A stretch of 64,000 nucleotides of DNA from an uncultured Verrucomicrobiae bacterium (GTDB lineage Bacteria > Verrucomicrobiota > Verrucomicrobiia > Palsa-1439). The notes beneath the pieces are model-generated. The model worked only from the letters and a program-made list of their open reading frames with translations. It did not search any database and was not told the origin of the DNA. The stretch covers positions 64,001 to 128,000 of the forward strand of contig CAWEWF010000002.1 in assembly GCA_963812605.1 (NCBI GenBank). Reading direction: 5' to 3'. This document shows, piece by piece, positions 62,139 through 64,000 of this stretch. Numbering within the stretch: position 1 is the first letter of the stretch; every line of letters begins with the position of its first letter. Both the position numbers and the translations under genes were made by a program.

Positions 62139-63394
62139 TTTTTGAGAAGCTCGCGCCGCACGGCATCGAGGGCATACTGCGCGGCGAAGAACTTGAAGGT
62201 TTCGCGGTCGAAAGCCAGGATGCGACGCTGGATGTCCGTGCCTTTGGGCGTGGCAAAGCCGATGTACACGAGGCCCACGGGCTTTTCCGGCGTGCCGCCC
62301 GTCGGCCCGGCAATCCCCGTCGTACTGATGCCGAAGTCCGCGCCACTGCCAGTGCGGACACCCTCGGCCATTTCCCGCGCGACCTCCTCGCTCACCGCGC
62401 CATGCTCCACCAAGGTTTTCCCGGACACACCGAGCAGCCGGGTCTTCGATTCGTTCGAGTAGGTCACGCAACCATTGATGAAAACCTCACTGGAGCCGCT
62501 CACATTCGTGATACGGTTGGCAATCGTCCCGCCCGTGCATGATTCGGCGACGGCAATTGTTTGGTGGACGGCCGCCAGCATTTTTACCACGACCTCTTCG
62601 AGCCGGTCGTCGCCAGTCCCATAGATATTGTCCGCGAGAGCCATCCGAATTCGTCTCTCAGCTTCATCCGCGATCGATTTGTGATGGGAGATGATCCGCA
62701 CTTCGACTTCCCCCATCTTGGCACTATAACCGAGTTCGATGTCCGATAAATCAGCCAGAGCAGGAGCGACCCTTTCTTCCACGATTGACTCGGCAAGCCC
62801 GACGACCTTGAACGTGCGGCAATCGAACTGCGGCTGTGCGCCAAAGTGTTGCTTCAGGACGGGCAGGACGTATTCTTCAAACATCGGTTTGAGCTCTCGC
62901 GGAGGACCCGGCAGCAACAGAACCAGCTTGCCTCCCTCATCGATGGCCAGACCAGGTGCCGTGCCATTGCGATTCGGCAGTACTTGCGCGCCCACGGGCA
63001 CCAGCGCCTGCACGTAAATGGATTCGGGCAGGCGAATCCGCCGGTTGCGAATGCGCTCGGCGATGTGGCTCGCGACCGCTTCGTCACGCACAAGTTTACG
63101 CCTCAGCAATTCGGCAACGACATCGCGCGTGAAATCGTCCGACGTGGGGCCGAGTCCGCCGGTAATGATCAGGACATCGCTGCGTTGCAATGCCTCCTCG
63201 ATCGCCGCCCGCATCTCCAGCCGGTCATCGGCAACGGTGACCTGGCGATCAAGGCGCAAGCCGATGCCGGCAAGTTGGCGGGCAATGTAGCTGAGATGCG
63301 AATTGACGGTGAAGCCCAGCGTCAGCTCGCTGCCGGTGTTAATGAGTTCGACCCTCACGCGAGCGACCCTAACGAAGGGGTCGGGTAAAGTCAA
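62135..63394 (-). CDS. cinA: Competence/damage-inducible protein CinA (MoCF-like domain plus PncC)
   Basis: GSEL, TGGLGPTSDD.T, NGTAPG, LPGPPREL, AESCTGG, YSN..K, GAVS, TGIAGP.GG..EKPVG; exact start uncertain. Confidence 0.93.
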   Translation of the reverse strand: MTLPDPFVRVARVRVELINTGSELTLGFTVNSHLSYIARQLAGIGLRLDRQVTVADDRLEMRAAIEEALQRSDVLIITGGLGPTSDDFTRDVVAELLRRKLVRDEAVASHIAERIRNRRIRLPESIYVQALVPVGAQVLPNRNGTAPGLAIDEGGKLVLLLPGPPRELKPMFEEYVLPVLKQHFGAQPQFDCRTFKVVGLAESIVEERVAPALADLSDIELGYSAKMGEVEVRIISHHKSIADEAERRIRMALADNIYGTGDDRLEEVVVKMLAAVHQTIAVAESCTGGTIANRITNVSGSSEVFINGCVTYSNESKTRLLGVSGKTLVEHGAVSEEVAREMAEGVRTGSGADFGISTTGIAGPTGGTPEKPVGLVYIGFATPKGTDIQRRILAFDRETFKFFAAQYALDAVRRELLKK

Positions 63395-63409
63395 ACGACG
63401 CGGCGCGCA

Positions 63410-64000
63410 TCACCGGCTCGGCAACAGTTCCTTCGGGAAGTTTACCGGACGATACTTCGGATCGCTGATGGTGCCGCCGACTTTATACTCCAGAAGAACC
63501 TTGAGAACGCTGGAAAGAATGTTTATCCCCGGCCAGGCGCGCAGGAATTGCGCCTGTACGCGGAAATCCAATTTGCCGTCAAAGCCAAGCTGGCCACGGC
63601 TCGTGGCGGTGAAAGCGCCGGCGGCAATCTGCATGTCTTCCGTGTTTACAGCCTCGTTCGTGATGGTGAACGAAGCCTGTGCGCGCGTCGCCTTGGTCTT
63701 GCCAAGAATCTCCGAGAAGATGCCAAACACGGGCGCCTGCCAAAGGACGCCATCGGTCACGTCGAGTTGCCCTTTCCCAACCAACGTACTCAAATCAGTT
63801 CCATGTCCACTGATTGTCGCCTGGCCCGTCAGCAATCCGGTGACGGTGCTCTCGTGTCCCTTCGCCGCCCCCAGCAGGGTGTTAACATCCGCGCGCTCGA
63901 CGTTGAAATCAAAATTATACAAAGGATCGGCATCCGAGAAGACGAACTCGGCATGGCCCCGCAGTTTGCCACTGTAGAAATCCGCATCGAAATCATTGAT
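63410..64000 (-). CDS. AsmA-like C-terminal domain protein, 5' end outside window
   Basis: Beta-taco-like pattern G.LTG, GKGQLDV.DG, G.LGFDGKLDF, YKVGGTISDP; frame appears open to the window edge. Confidence 0.6.
   Translation of the reverse strand: MNDFDADFYSGKLRGHAEFVFSDADPLYNFDFNVERADVNTLLGAAKGHESTVTGLLTGQATISGHGTDLSTLVGKGQLDVTDGVLWQAPVFGIFSEILGKTKATRAQASFTITNEAVNTEDMQIAAGAFTATSRGQLGFDGKLDFRVQAQFLRAWPGINILSSVLKVLLEYKVGGTISDPKYRPVNFPKELLPSR

Noticed and set aside
61550-63410. LexA/SOS box upstream of recA or cinA
   Set aside because: No convincing palindromic operator found by eye; the short hairpin near 63364-63383 is too weak to call.

Overview
GC-rich bacterial window. A Verrucomicrobia/PVC-like origin is inferred from EF-P and AlaRS signatures and is not proven. 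It has three blocks. (1) 1-40042: a co-directional + strand surface-polysaccharide locus with TagF-like and IspD/TarI-like genes, about 14 glycosyltransferases, two RfbF-like cytidylyltransferases, a C-methyltransferase, PIG-L, RmlC-like, DUF4910, SDR, wzm/wzt, a Wzy-like membrane protein, FkbM, DUF362, a CapK-like ligase, gmd, fcl and a WecA fusion. (2) 40243-45431: convergent genes for a secreted beta-helix glycan-active protein and a fibronectin type III repeat protein. (3) 45870-64000: core genes kdsD and efp on +, then a - strand run asmA-like, cinA, thpR, recA, alaS, serS, tilS, aroB, putative PD-(D/E)XK nuclease, dprA, topA, xerC. The stand-out observation is that alaS carries an in-frame REP-associated tyrosine transposase (RAYT, HUH/Y1) domain bracketed by a perfect 25-bp inverted pair of REP hairpins (58956-58980 and 59533-59557). 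Further REP-like palindromes are translated in frame elsewhere in alaS and in tilS. About ten single-base frameshifts, two of them in essential serS, most likely reflect long-read indel errors. All calls come from reading motifs by eye; no database searches were run.
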